From the NCBI RefSeq assembly GCF_001194135.2, contig NC_068996.1, forward strand, positions 27,979,864-28,024,767: a stretch of 44,904 nucleotides of DNA, written 5' to 3'. This document shows, piece after piece, positions 13,200 through 25,693 of the stretch (the first letter of the stretch is position 1; each line of letters starts with the position of its first letter). This DNA is from Octopus bimaculoides (Eukaryota). A program made the translations under genes and the position numbers. The notes under the pieces are model-generated. The model made no database searches. It had not been told where the DNA came from and saw only the letters and a program-made list of their open reading frames with translations.

Positions 13200-13800
13200 T
13201 TTCAGACAAAATCAAAGCCTTTAAAAATTGGGAAGTTCCTGGAATCGATAACCTCTAATTTCTGGCTAAAATATTTAGACAGTATATATGATGCTGTAAC
13301 AGCATTATAGAATAACTTAATTATAAACACTAGAATCAACACCTGATCTTATCACTAGAGACAAATAATATCAAAACCTGATCCCTATACATGAAATAAA
13401 AAAAAAAATTATTAATAACTAAGATTTTGAAACCTAGAGACCAATAACCTGTTTACCAACAATATATAAAGACTTGGCATTTTTACTTTGCAACATATTG
13501 GTTGTTCATCTGGACATCATCTTATCAGATTATCAGAGAGGGTGTTGAAAAGGATTTTAATGAGGAAAAAATTTATTATTGATGAAGAGAGTAGGAAGAA
13601 ACTAATGTCTAATCATGGCATTGGTTAATTACCAAAATAGCCTTCAGTAACAAAACAAAATTCTTGGATATTGTTGATGATGTACTGGCACAAAGCAATA
13701 ATTCTGCAAAATAACCTAGTCATAAACCTTTATATAGGGGTCTTTCTTCAAGAAGACTTTTTACCTCCATTACTCTTCTGTTTAACTTTGACTTTTTTAA
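13200..13800 (+). mobile_element. Highly decayed R4/Dong-like non-LTR RT fragment
   Basis: Frameshifted motifs: 'NWEVPGID..NFWLK', 'RPITCLPTIYK', a degenerate 'AWIDYKKAF' and 'GxFxxDxLxPLLFCL'. These are collinear with the RT at 20681-21200. Confidence 0.65.
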
Positions 13801-14458
13801 CAAATTTGTTGAATCAAACTTTTTGTTAGAAATATTTCTGTATGGGGCTACATTAGATACGTCTCATTTATCTAAACGGTGAACATTCTGGTTGAATCTG
13901 TAAGGCCTCTGTCAGTGAATGTTGACGTCCTTGCACAAAAATCTTCTCAACACAATCAATATTTATTCAAGGAAAAGGCTGCCAATTTGGGCTGATATAG
14001 TTGACACTAAGGGGATTGCTATTAGGAAACAAAAAGCCAGAACAGATACCACAGTGCATTTGTCTGAACTAACATTTCTGCCAGTCCATTGCTCAGGACT
14101 GGCACTTTTTTAAATCTATAACAGAGGCAATGTTGAATTTCAACTCAGAGTTGGAGAAAATACAGTGTGCATTCTATCTTGTGCTCTAATGAATCTACCA
14201 ATTCTCCACCTTTGAGTGAATCTAGAAACATTCAAATTGTGATTCACATTAAAACTAATTATACACCACTGAGCCTTATTCATCTGTACTCTGTAATATT
14301 GTCATTGTTATACTGGTGTAGTGTACTCTATTGTAACTGTACTGCTATGATGTATTGTGCTACTTTCTTGTACTCTTTCTTATGTATTGGGAACAGTTTA
14401 GTCAATTCTCTATAAATGAGAAGCTATCTATCAGTGTCATCACTATGAACAATATTCA

Positions 14459-14492
<34 letters not shown>

Positions 14493-14634
14493 GTTGTTGT
14501 TGTTGTTGTTGTTATTATTATTCATGCTTCTGAGTTGTGAGCAGGAGCTAAGGCTTAATTACACACAACCCAACTGTAGAAGATCTATGTGTTGGAGAAT
14601 AACAAAAGCAATAACAATAGTTATAATAAGAATG

Positions 14635-14850
14635 ATATTGGTTTCACATTTTGGCACAAGGCCAGCATTTTCAGGAAAGGAGTAGGTTGATTACATCGAC
14701 CCCAGTGCTCAGTTGGTACTTATTTTATCGACCCTGAAAGGATGAAAGGCAAAGTTGACCTTGGCAGAATTTGAACTCAGAATGTAAAGATGGATGAAAT
14801 GCTGCTAAGAATTTTGCCCAATGTGTTGATTATTCTGCCAGCTGGCTGCC
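14635..14850 (-). mobile_element. SINE family 2 copy
   Basis: 'TTACATCGACCCCAGTGCTCAGTTGGTACTTATTTTATCGACCCTGAAAGGATGAAAGGCAAAGTTGACC' is the same family as 12110-13000, 24655-24815 and 30040-30180. Confidence 0.75.
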
Positions 14851-15051
14851 TTTATAATAATAATAATGCTGTTGTAGTTGCTGATGTTGTTATTGTTGCC
14901 ATCTTATATTCTGATATATATATACACACACACATACAAAATACGTATATATATATATATATATAAGGATTTATGACATAGTTATACTGCCTTTTTGTTA
15001 TCACCAAATCTGTTGTGACAGCTACCACCACCACCACTGCTGCTGCTGCCG

Positions 15052-15120
<69 letters not shown>

Positions 15121-15420
15121 TCTAAACTTTTCAAACAAAGTGATGTTGGATCATATTTCCTGGTGTGCCTTCTTCCACAACTTTATACTCTTCCCATCTA
15201 TTGTTGTTACTATTTTGTTTTAGATATTTATAATTTAAGCAAGAACCTCAAAAATTGCATCGTTAAGTGTCACGTTTTGTTAATTTTTCAGCAATATGCA
15301 AAGTAAATTACCCAATTCTTGTTACATGCACTTTTTGTTTCTTAGGGTCACAAATAAGTATTTTTGTTCGCTTATTTTAAAATAAAATGCCCGGCAGATG
15401 AATGTCAGACAGGACTTCTA

Positions 15421-15456
<36 letters not shown>

Positions 15457-16050
15457 GTGCGTGTGTGTGTGTGTGTGTGTGTATGCGCACATGTAACACA
15501 CATACACACACACACACCAAACAAATCAAAAGAGTTTGTATTGTTAACAGGCATTGCATATATAACGTCTTCGCTTTTTTAAAATTTTGTTTGTAGATAT
15601 AATGTAGTTTAATTAAATTCTCGTACTAATTGAGAATCAGTAAAACGTGAAATGCAGAGTCACAATTTGGAAGTTCCAGCATGAAATAAATTTTATTATA
15701 TTACTCTTTTTCCTTACATTGAGTTCTTTTGTTCTCTGGATTGTGGTGTATTTCCTTCCTGTATAAATAGATTTTTGGTGTATGTAGGTATACGCTTATG
15801 TATTGCTTCTGTATGTGTATGTGCAGTTATGTATGTATGTATAAATATATACATACATTGCCCTTATTCAATGCTCACACTTATATAAATATACGTGTGT
15901 GAATATATATATTTCTGTTTTGCACACACATATGCGCACACATAAATAAAACATTATGTTCATGTTACTGCATAGAGTTCCTCGCCTTCTTCTGCTGTTT
16001 ACCACATCACCTCAACGCCACCGCTTCACTCACCCCAACCTGGTGACTAT

Positions 16051-16961
16051 TTAGCTGTCTTTGTCCTTTTGGTAAGCGTCGTACCAGATCTCTGACAGAC
16101 ATATCACTGAGTGGAAGCGTATGAAAATGAGAAGTGGAAGACACAGGTGAATAATTATATTCCAAGCCAGCAGACCATAGAAATTTTCGTGTAGAGGAAT
16201 CACCATGGTTTTCTTCACCTCAAAGCTGCTGACTGCCCAAAGTGCCAAGTTGCAGACCAACAGGAAGGTTACAACGGCCCGTCCAGGTTTTCGCGTTTGC
16301 TGTTCTTCGTACTTGATACTGCGACAGAGACCGTCCAACAGGAAGACAGCCTGCAAGCTAAGCTGCACAAGTTCCATGCTGATACAGATGAGTGATAGGA
16401 TAGCCACGACGCCGAACTCCTCCAGTCCGGTAGCAGAAGATATGAGGACTAAGAACAAGTAGACGTAAGCGCCGGACAATGCAATGATAAGCAAGATAGA
16501 ATCGAGAGAGATCATATGGCTTCCTCTGAACTTGAGTGCCGACAAACGAAGGTAGCCGAGCACAACTCCAACAGATGTAATCAGCAGCAGAGCAATTTCA
16601 GTAATGAAAAACACTTTAATGGCCGTTACAGAATCTGAGATACGAACTTCAAAGACGAAGAATGTTGCAATTGCTATCAGTGTTATGACACCGATCAAGA
16701 GACCGAGGAAAAGGCCGCGGTTAGCTTTCTCACAATCCATGGAAGCAGTGCTCTGTGGCTGAGAACTTGTCAGAGACATATGGCTTGGCCACTTTTGCTT
16801 GACTTTTACACCAACGTAAAGGTACATTCGATGGATAATACCCGACGCTATCAGGCTATACATTATGGTACAGGGAAACAAGTAAGGAGAAGCAACTCTT
16901 GCGAGCGTGACGTCCTCAAAACAACTCTTGGTTGCGTTGATCAGCGGTTTAACAGTGGCAG
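16051..16961 (-). CDS. otop: Otopetrin proton-channel family gene, terminal exon (TM6-TM12, stop TAA at 16051-16053)
   Basis: Acceptor ttttttgcag|CT at 16961 (phase 1). Encodes 'SPYLFPCTIMYSLIA', 'CEKANRGLFLG', 'VQLSLQAVFLLD', 'KPGRAVVTFLLVCNLALW..SFE', 'FYG...W.II...LPLLIFIRFHS..CLSEIW', which are otopetrin C-domain hallmarks. 302 aa after the split codon. Confidence 0.95.
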
Positions 16962-17561
16962 CTGCAAAAAACAAAAACAAACATAAATAGATAAATAAAT
17001 AAAAATACATACACACATATAAAGCAGAATAACACTCAAAGAATAACATAAGAGTGTGAAACGTAACAGTACAACTTTCTTCAGCGGCACAACCCATGAT
17101 AACATTTCTTTCTGACATCGATTTCATCCAGTCAGTAACTAATAGTCATTTTCTGAGATCAAGGAACTTTTCGAGTTTTTGGTTCAACATCGTTATCGAA
17201 TATCAATGGATCTTGTTTATGCACACATTATTGAAATTATTATTTTATTTTTCCAGCGCACTTATGATTTTATACACACCTTTGAAAAACTTAACTTTGA
17301 TTTACATTCACTAATACTATACATATTAACCTTAAGTTGTATCAGCAAGGTATACAGATAGCAAAACGGGCGTATACAGATGAAAGGGAGAGATAAAAGG
17401 AAGAAACAATGATATAGAATTTCAATTTTTAATTTTCAGTTTACGCGGTGTTTGACGTTGAAGATTTATAGAGATAAGTACAGGTCACTCAATTAACAAG
17501 ATTCAAAATTTTACTCTATATTGAGCAATAAATAATAATTTCTACACACTATTTGCTGGTA

Positions 17562-17760
17562 AAGGTGCGTGGCCTAATGGTTAGAGTGTTTCGATTCCTG
17601 GACCAAGTAGTGCAAAAATATTTAATTCCATGTTGCTCCAGTTCAACTCTAAGTGAGTAACTCTACAACGGACTGGCGTATTGCTCAAGGGGAATGTTGT
17701 GGTCTCGGTTACTTATACGCCATGGGAACCTAGAAACTGGCACTATCTAGTCTAGCACTC
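17562..17760 (+). mobile_element. Decayed tRNA-derived SINE (third family)
   Basis: A-box-like GCGTGGCCTAATGGTTAGA and B-box-like TTCGATTCC, followed by a 'GGACTGGCGT...CAAGGGG' central segment. It cannot fold as an intact tRNA. Confidence 0.45.
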
Positions 17761-18313
17761 GAAGACATTAATGTCCAGAAATTATTTGTTGTCCACATCC
17801 ACAAAAAAAAGAAACAAAGAAAGAAAAATAAAGGCTAGTGAACTATGAACCATTCTTTTGAATAGTAAGCTATAATAAAAGGAAAATTACATGGCGTATG
17901 AATGATGCATGAAATATTATTAATGATATTCTTAACCAGGAAATAAAGAACAATTACATTCGTCATAATTTGTAACTGAACAACTTTTGGCTAATGGCCA
18001 GAGACGGCAGCTGGTTATGTCGTAGAATGATTATTTTGCACGGCAGATGTTAATTTCGATCTTACCAAGCAAAATCCCACTAGTTCGAATGAACTTTTCC
18101 AGTGATTGAACGTGAATGTATGTTTGTTTTACGTCAACTACGAGTGTACATAAACTAGTATATTTCGAACAATTTCCTTTCTGTATGATGCTGTGTGTAT
18201 ATATTTATGTTGTGCTTCCCAGGAACAAAATTATGTTAGACGTGAAAAAACATATACATGTATTTATTTTAATAACTATAATACATGTATTTATTATAAT
18301 CTCTCTTCCCCCC

Positions 18314-18357
<44 letters not shown>

Positions 18358-19372
18358 TATATATATATATAGGTTATGAGAGGTAATGGTGTCAAGAAAA
18401 TCCAAAGGTGTCAGGTAATGCTGAGTAAGTGCTATGGACGGACTATAGTTAAACTCAAGGTTTATGCGAATGTCTTTTCTCCTGTCCATCGCAAAGAAAC
18501 TCGCACACAGGCACATACACACAAATACATACATATGTATACGTATGTACATACATATGTACATACATATACACATATGTATGTCTACTATACACCGTTT
18601 AAAACTCGAGATTACCTGTGTTTACGTTTGTGTGTGTGTGTGTGGGCGTCCTATAGCTGTCTGTCTCTCTATTTTTGTAGGGTATTCTCTGTTGCTGTCA
18701 TATATTGTGAACTTTTAAAATTACGTCAAAATTTTCAAGTTTGGTATATTGAAATAATTTTCCATGTTAAATCCGATTTTGTTATTTATTTGTTCCAGAA
18801 AAATTGCAGAAAAATGTTACTGAAGTTTAAAGTTTAATCTATTTTACCTAATCAGAAAACAGGATTTAGAAGCTGGCATTTTGTGCATAATAGCTGTCTA
18901 TCACCAAATGAAAGCAAAATCATTACGTGGAGAAATTTTTATTAAANNNNNNNNNNNNNNNNNNNNNNNNNNNNNNNNNNNNNNNNNNNNNNNNNNNNNN
19001 NNNNNNNNNNNNNNNNNNNNNNNNNNNNNNNNNNNNNNNNNNNNNNNNNNNNNNNNNNNNNNNNNNNNNNNNNNNNNNNNNNNNNNNNNNNNNNNNNNNN
19101 NNNNNNNNNNNNNNNNNNNNNNNNNNNNNNNNNNNNNNNNNNNNNNNNNNNNNNNNNNNNNNNNNNNNNNNNNNNNNNNNNNNNNNNNNNNNNNNNNNNN
19201 NNNNNNNNNNNNNNNNNNNNNNNNNNNNNNNNNNNNNNNNNNNNNNNNNNNNNNNNNNNNNNNNNNNNNNNNNNNNNNNNNNNNNNNNNNNNNNNNNNNN
19301 NNNNNNNNNNNNNNNNNNNNNNNNNNNNNNNNNNNNNNNNNNNNNNNNNNNNNNNNNNNNNNNNNNNNNNNN

Positions 19373-19413
<41 letters not shown>

Positions 19414-19799
19414 CACACACACACATATATGTGTATGTATGTACATATATATATAATACATATCTCTTAATTAACACACACACATTTAATGTAAAGAATA
19501 ATCTTAAAGAATTTTGATTCTCTTAAAAAGGGCGGACCTGACTGGTTTTGTAACGTGTCTTCCACTTTTATCTAACAGGATATCTAATTATCTATAAATA
19601 ACATTTTGTCACTCATTTTAAACCGGATAATTAGACGTTTGCCTTAACTGCGAATCTAAATATATCATCTATTAGTATATTATACCAGAAACCCCAGAAG
19701 CTCCAAACTGTCCATTTTTTTTCAATAATAAAACAAGTTCACACACACCTAATTAGACAGTTAACGAATGGCGTGAAAAAGAACATCCTGGTATCTCAC

Positions 19800-19965
19800 C
19801 TGATGCCTGTTGCTGTTGTTGGTGTGCAACACTCTTGAAATAGGTCTGCTGCTTGTAGTCTTTCGCAGTTTCTGCTATGGCTGTAGAAGACCAAACGCAA
19901 AGATTTGTTGCCAGAAGATGCATCAGGCCAAAACGAACCAAAGCTTTGCTTTTATTAATCACCAA
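19800..19965 (-). CDS. otop: Otopetrin exon (TM5), 166 nt, phase 0 to 1
   Basis: ttttgttatag|TTG...TCA G|gtgaga. Encodes 'LVINKSKALVRFGLMHLLATNLCVWSSTAIAE...QQQQQAS' (RFGLMH.xATN.CVW motif). G+CT joins the terminal exon in frame. Confidence 0.93.
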
Positions 19966-20049
19966 CTATAACAAAAAACAAAACAAAAATAAATAAAGAA
20001 CATGATGATGACGACAACAACAACAACAACAACAACAATAATAATAATA

Positions 20050-20590
20050 AAAGTCCTGATGCAGTACCAGGCAGTGGATCTCATAGCTTCTGATCTTTAC
20101 TAATTGGAAGTGTTATCATGTACATTGTTTTGTCTTGGTATAAAAGATGGGCTACAGCAAATATTCTGCTTAACACCACAGATTTGCTTGTAAGTTGTTT
20201 GACCTTAACCAGTTGAGAATGTCCCTTAGTGGCTGACGATATGTGCATCTCTGATCATGAGCAGGAGTAGTGGAGTAGCATCATAGCCATGCGTTGAGAG
20301 GAATTCTTTGGGTTTTGGATAATTCACCTTTGGAAACATGGGTGTTTCGTTCAACAGCCTTAAATAATCCTTATTCAGGGACCTTTTGAGTAGGATGGGC
20401 CACTCAACCTGAAGAAAATTCTAACTGGGCCCCGCTATTTATCTGAATATGTGATCACCATGTCACGCACATATGGTTGTGATGCATGTACCTGGTTTAC
20501 CCCTATCAGAAGGATAGTCATGATGGGTATACTGGGCTTCGTATATTTTACCCCAGTGTCACTTTGATGGCATGCACTGCTCTCTCACTC
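20050..20590. repeat. Interspersed repeat between trinucleotide tracts (probable retroposon)
   Basis: A complex-sequence block bounded by (AAC/AAT)n and (AAT/GAT)n. It resembles a common octopus repeat from memory. No coding motif was recognised. Confidence 0.35.
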
Positions 20591-20609
20591 AATAATAATA
20601 ATAATAATA

Positions 20610-20666
<57 letters not shown>

Positions 20667-20680
20667 ATGATGATGATGAT
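20591..20680. repeat. (AAT)n(GAT)n microsatellite, immediately 5' of the Dong-like element
   Basis: Directly visible. Confidence 0.95.
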
Positions 20681-23600
20681 AATACCACCTACAAGATCCT
20701 CACATCCATACTAACTGAAAGAATATACGCTTTCCTGGAACAGAACTTTATCCTTCCACAAGCTCAAAAAGGTTGTAAAAGGAATTCTTATAGATGCAAA
20801 GATCAATAACTCATAAATAAAACGATTGTAGAGAATTGCTGGAGTAACAAGAACCTGAGAATGGCATGGATAGACTACAGGAAAGCATTTGATAGTGTCC
20901 CACATAATTGACTCCTCAAAGCCCTTGAAATATATAAGATCTCTCCAGTCATTTACAAATTCTTACAAAGTAGCATGCTCAAATGGAACACACGTCTCCT
21001 TCTGAACCATAGTAATAGGATGAGCCAATCTAACAACATCAACATCAAATGAGGGATCTTTCAAGGTGACTCCCTCTCTCCATTACACTTTTGCATGACA
21101 ACCTACTCTCAAACGAACTGAGTAACATCAGGTATGGGTTCAAAATGTATATTATAGTAAATCATCTGTTTTATATGGACGATCTGAAGCTATTTGCTAG
21201 AAATGATGAAGAGCTAAAGAGTTCAACAATGGCATCGGGATGGATTTTGGCCTTGACAAGTGTGCTAAAGGAACTTTTGTAAGAAGACATCTCAAGCAAA
21301 CAACTTCCATTAAATTAAGTACCGACACTACCATCAAGGAGCTTGACCAACAAGGAAGCTATAAATACCTGTGGATAAACGAAGGGGACGGTATACAACA
21401 TACTACTATGAAGGAAAAAATACGAAAGGAATATTACAGAAGAATACGACTCGTACTAAAAACTGAACTCGACTCTGAAAATCGTATCGAAGTCAAATAC
21501 ATTTTTAATATTAATTGGAATCTTACAGAACTCCAACGCCTGGACAGGAAGACAAGAAAACTACTAACATCTAAGAACATGCACCACCCAAAAGCAGACG
21601 TTGATTGTCTGTGCCTACCTAGAAGTAATGGGGGAAGACCTCCACAACAGGAATGAACAAGTATTTATCTAGAAAAGAGGACTGGATGCTGCAGCTTGTG
21701 TGCAAACACGAAAGCATAAAAAAATCACATTCTATTGTCAAGGAAGCTTGCAAATTCGCAAGGAAACTCGGAATTAGATGAAGAACCTGAAACCACTGTC
21801 ACGCAAAAAGCAAAACGGATCAAGCAGACTGCAAAAAAGAACGGGCAGAAACAAATTGAGGAGTGGTGGAGCCAGAAACCTCTGCAGGGACAGTATATAC
21901 TTTGAAACTGAAATGCTGATGTAGACCAATCTCAAGATTGAAAGCAGAGACTGAAGGTTTCATATTGGCGGCACAAGATCAAAACTTACTTACCAAAAAC
22001 TACCAGGCTGACGTTCTTTAAAACGATTCTGACTCTAAATCCAGATTCTGCGATAAATTTGATGAAACAATAGCCCATCTCGGCTCGGGATGTCCTGTGC
22101 TGACACCAAACGAATCCAAAAGTCGCCATGATAGGGTAGGACATTGGAAAATATGTAAACACTTCAAAATCAGGATATCCAACGAGTTTGTCTAAAACAA
22201 TTCGTCTAAAATACAATTGATCTAAATGCAATTCATCTAAAACAATTTGTCTAAAACAGTATTAACCCTGAAACAATTTAACTAAAAATAAAAATTGTTT
22301 CTTTTTTTTATGAATTCGTAGGAAGTGGAAAGGAATAGTTGTTTACTCATGCTATGGAGTAGAAATAGTTGTTTGCGATAATGTGGAATAAATCTAGAAA
22401 AAAAAAAACTAGTTGTTTTCTAAAAAACAAAAATTCTTATTTGGAATTATTCACAGTGAAAAGACCCATATCCAAAGATGCCTACTGAATTTACTGAATC
22501 AGAAAACGATCATTGATTGATAATGGACATACATACTACAAGAATGGTGAAAATGGCGAACGTGATTATTGGAGGTGCGAAAAATATCCGAAAACAAAAT
22601 GCCGTGCTCGCATAATTACTGTAAAGGATGAAATTGTAAAATTTTCCAACGACCATAATCATATATTGGATGCCGTTGAAATTACAGCGAAAGAAGCTAT
22701 TTAAAAAAATACATCAACTGGCTAAGTCAACACGAGATTCAGTTGTATCTAGTGTTTTCGATGATGGCGATCAAGCTGTTGCCTCAAAACTAACAAAAAT
22801 GCAAAATATTAAGAGAACAATAAGATATATAAGGCAACAAACCCTTACTGGACCGGCCCTACCATCAACTTGCCGTGAAATAGTTTTCCCATCTGAACTT
22901 ACGAAATCTTTTAAAGATAAGATGATCAATATCTGCTTTATAACTCAGGACCTGTTGAAAAGCGTATTGTGATATTTGCGATAAGGCGTAACTTTTAGTG
23001 TTTATCACTAAGCAGTCACTGGTATGCAGACGGCACATTTAAAACAGTCCCTTTATTATTTCACCAGTTATATACCTTACATGGATTAAAAGAGGCCCAC
23101 CTCTCAACTACCAAATATGTGGAATATGTATTTAAGAGTTCTTGATTTGCCCAGAACAAATAACTCTGTCGAAGGGTGGCATCGAGCATTCAAAACCCAA
23201 GTTGGGTCTCATCACCCCAACATCTGGAAATTTGTCAACTTTTTACAAAGAGAGCGAAGTCTAAGCAAGATTCGGATTGAGCAGTATATTGCTGGAATGG
23301 ATCCAGAATCTCCAAAGAAGCGCTGTCGAGATACTGCAAAATGAATAAAAAATCTTGTTCAAAATTTTGATCCACAAAATATTATTGATTACGTTCGTGG
23401 TATAACACACAACCTTTCCTTTTAAGTAAATGCTATCTTTTGTTTTTTATGCATTTCGAATTAAAATAATCCTAATGTTTTTATAAATAGTTAACAACTA
23501 GTTATAAACCCAAAGAATTATAAATTATGAATAAAAAATACGAATTCATCAGAAATAAACAATTTTACTTTTTAGTCAGATTGTGTTTTAGACAAATTGC

Positions 23601-24033
23601 ATTTAAATCAATTGTATTTTAGACGAATTGTTTTAGATAAGCTCCCTTAGACCCCAAAATCAGCACTCCTGCTTACTAGTATGAACATCATCCTGAGCCA
23701 GTCGCTGAAGGTAAAAATGTCACTCTCCTCTGGGATTTTCTAGTCAACACCGACGGAACGATCCAGGCTAACTGATCAGACATAGTCATTAAAAATAGAC
23801 AAGAAAATACTTATAAACTAAAAGATGTAAGTAAATATAAGCACCTGGAACTTGAAATACAAAAGATGTGGCATCTTAAAGCGAGAACTGTTCCTGTTAT
23901 TGTGGGTGCTCTTGGTATGACAAGAAAGGGATGTCAGAAACATCTAGATAAGATCCCAGGAGAACCATGTCTCAGAGAAAGGCAAAAAATTATGCTGACA
24001 AGTACTGCCCATATCCTTAGACAAACCCTATCA
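20681..24033 (+). mobile_element. 5'-truncated R4/Dong-like non-LTR retrotransposon (RT plus C-terminal restriction-like endonuclease), decayed and split by a MULE insertion
   Basis: RT motifs: 'TTYKILT', 'QKGC', 'AWIDYRKAFDSVPH', 'GIFQGDSLSP', 'HLFYMDDLKLFA'. C-terminal region: 'ETEGFILAAQDQ', 'RHDRV..HWKIC', 'LLWDF..TD.TIQAN', 'VPVIVGALG', 'STAHILRQTLS'. Many stops and frameshifts. Confidence 0.88.
22174..23654 (+). mobile_element. Mutator-like (MULE) DNA transposon with a FLYWCH domain, internally deleted, 1481 bp, 9-bp TSD CAAAATCAG
   Basis: TSD at 22165-22173 and 23655-23663. TIR cores GAGTTTGTCTAAAACAATTCGTCTAAAATACAATTG (from 22184) and the reverse-complement match ending at 23644. 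FLYWCH motif 'LIDNGHTYYKN...YWRCEKY..KCRARI...NDHNH'. MULE motifs 'WYADGTFKTVP..F.QLYTLHG' and 'RTNNSVEGWHR'. Confidence 0.9.
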
Positions 24034-24196
24034 TGCGTTGTATTACATGAAGATATTTCGCTACTGCCCCTGCAACTTGCCCTCTCCAAACTTTGATATC
24101 TCTAATAAAGGTTTTTTGTTTTTACTTAATATAACAAAACTGGTGAGTTGGCAGAATTGTTTAAGGCGTCGGATAAAATTCCTTGTGATATTCATC

Positions 24197-24630
24197 TTTT
24201 ACTGGTTTCAATCATTAGACTGCAGTCATGCTGGGGCACTACCTTTAAGAATTTTTAGTCAAATGAATCGATCCCAAGATTTAGTCTTTAATTGTCCAAT
24301 CTTGGTACTTATTCTATCGGTCTCTGGCCGAACCGCTAGCCTACGGGAGCGTAAACATTCGAACACCATTCCAACACCTGCTGTTAGGCAGCAGACACAC
24401 ACACACACACACACGCACGCACGCACGCACGCACACCCACACGCACACACACCCACACGCACGCACACACACACACACACACACACACGACTGGTTTCTT
24501 TCAGTTTCTACCAAATCCACTCACAAGGCTTTGGTCGGCCCGAGGATATAGCAGAAAACACTTGCTCAAGGTGCCACGCAGTGGGACTGAACCCGAATCC
24601 ATGTGGTTAGGAAGCAAACTTCTCACCATA
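24197..24630 (-). mobile_element. Near full-length SINE family 1 with internal (CA)n
   Basis: The head (24488-24630) matches 3633-3808. The tail (24197-24400) matches 4120-4295. Confidence 0.8.
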
Positions 24631-24654
24631 TGGTCACGCTTGCGCCAATATTTC

Positions 24655-24815
24655 TTTGCTCTTAGTTTTTGTGTTCCAAGTTCAAATCTCACCGAGGTCA
24701 ACTCTGCCTTTCATCGTTTGGACTTGATAAATAAAGTACCAGCAAGTACTGGTGTCAGTGATACAAGCTTACCTCTTCTCTTCAAAATTACTGGCCTTGT
24801 GTTTTCAATAAGAAA
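24655..24815 (+). mobile_element. SINE family 2 copy (sense)
   Basis: GTTCAAATCTCACCGAGGTCAACTCTGCCTTTCATC is the reverse complement of the 14635-14850 core. Confidence 0.65.
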
Positions 24816-25642
24816 CTATTTTACGCAATGTAGCAGACAAATGTCCTCTAACAAACTTCCTGTTTTCTTTTAAATTAATGAACGCGCCGCACAATCCAGT
24901 TAAAGAGCTTGTAATAGGATCGTTAGACATGCTGCGTGTGGCTTACCTCTTAGAACATCGAAAGGCCTCTATATTGTGAATCGGCCTGCTACAAACAGAA
25001 ATCAAATGTCTTTCAAATAACACTATACAGCCATCCTCTTGTCCTTCTCTGATATGTTGCATATGATCCAAAGTGTCGGTTCATTTGAGGGAAATTTGGA
25101 CGTTATTTCTTGCAGGTTACTGACCACGTAGAGGATCTCTCGTGACCAAAGCAATTTTGTATGGCAAGCACTTATGACAGTTAGAGACAAATAGTTGACT
25201 CAATGGACAACATATAACGAAATGGAAAAGTGAAAGATGAACTAACTGCGAGAAAGGTTTGTCGGCCAAATAGTCAAATACTGTGAATACTGTGCCCAAG
25301 TAACCACGGCAGTAAAGGGGTGTCAGCTCCTGATGGAAGGGGAGCGAGAGTGAGAAAGAAAGAAAGACAGAGAGAGAGAAAGAGAGAGAGAGAAGGATTG
25401 AATATAAAAAAAGGTAGGGTGCTTTATTGTTGTTTAACAGCAGGTTAGTCCTGTTGTTGTTATTGTTGCCAATATCCCAATCCATCTGAGACGGTCACCT
25501 CATCAAGCGGACATGATCAAATGATCAAAGTTATTTCAACGATGACCATCCTAGCTAATATTCAAATGTTGTATACCTAGTATCTAGCTAGAATGACATT
25601 AGCCAAATGAGTTCGTCACCATTCCGGTCAGCCAAGCATGGT

Positions 25643-25693
<51 letters not shown>

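Noticed and set aside
15692-15697. Minus-strand AATAAA as the otopetrin polyA signal
   Set aside because: It is plausible about 350 nt after the stop, but the hexamer is frequent in AT-rich DNA and cannot be supported without transcript data.
16962-17127. N-terminal 56 aa of the 358-aa ORF as coding sequence or a cassette exon
   Set aside because: It runs through the polypyrimidine tract and simple repeats of the acceptor at 16961. The 19800 donor already joins in phase, and alternative splice sites there are weak.
17562-17640. tRNA gene (also the SINE heads at 3633, 24630 and 36732)
   Set aside because: A/B-box-like motifs are present, but there is no cloverleaf and the sequence continues into SINE bodies.
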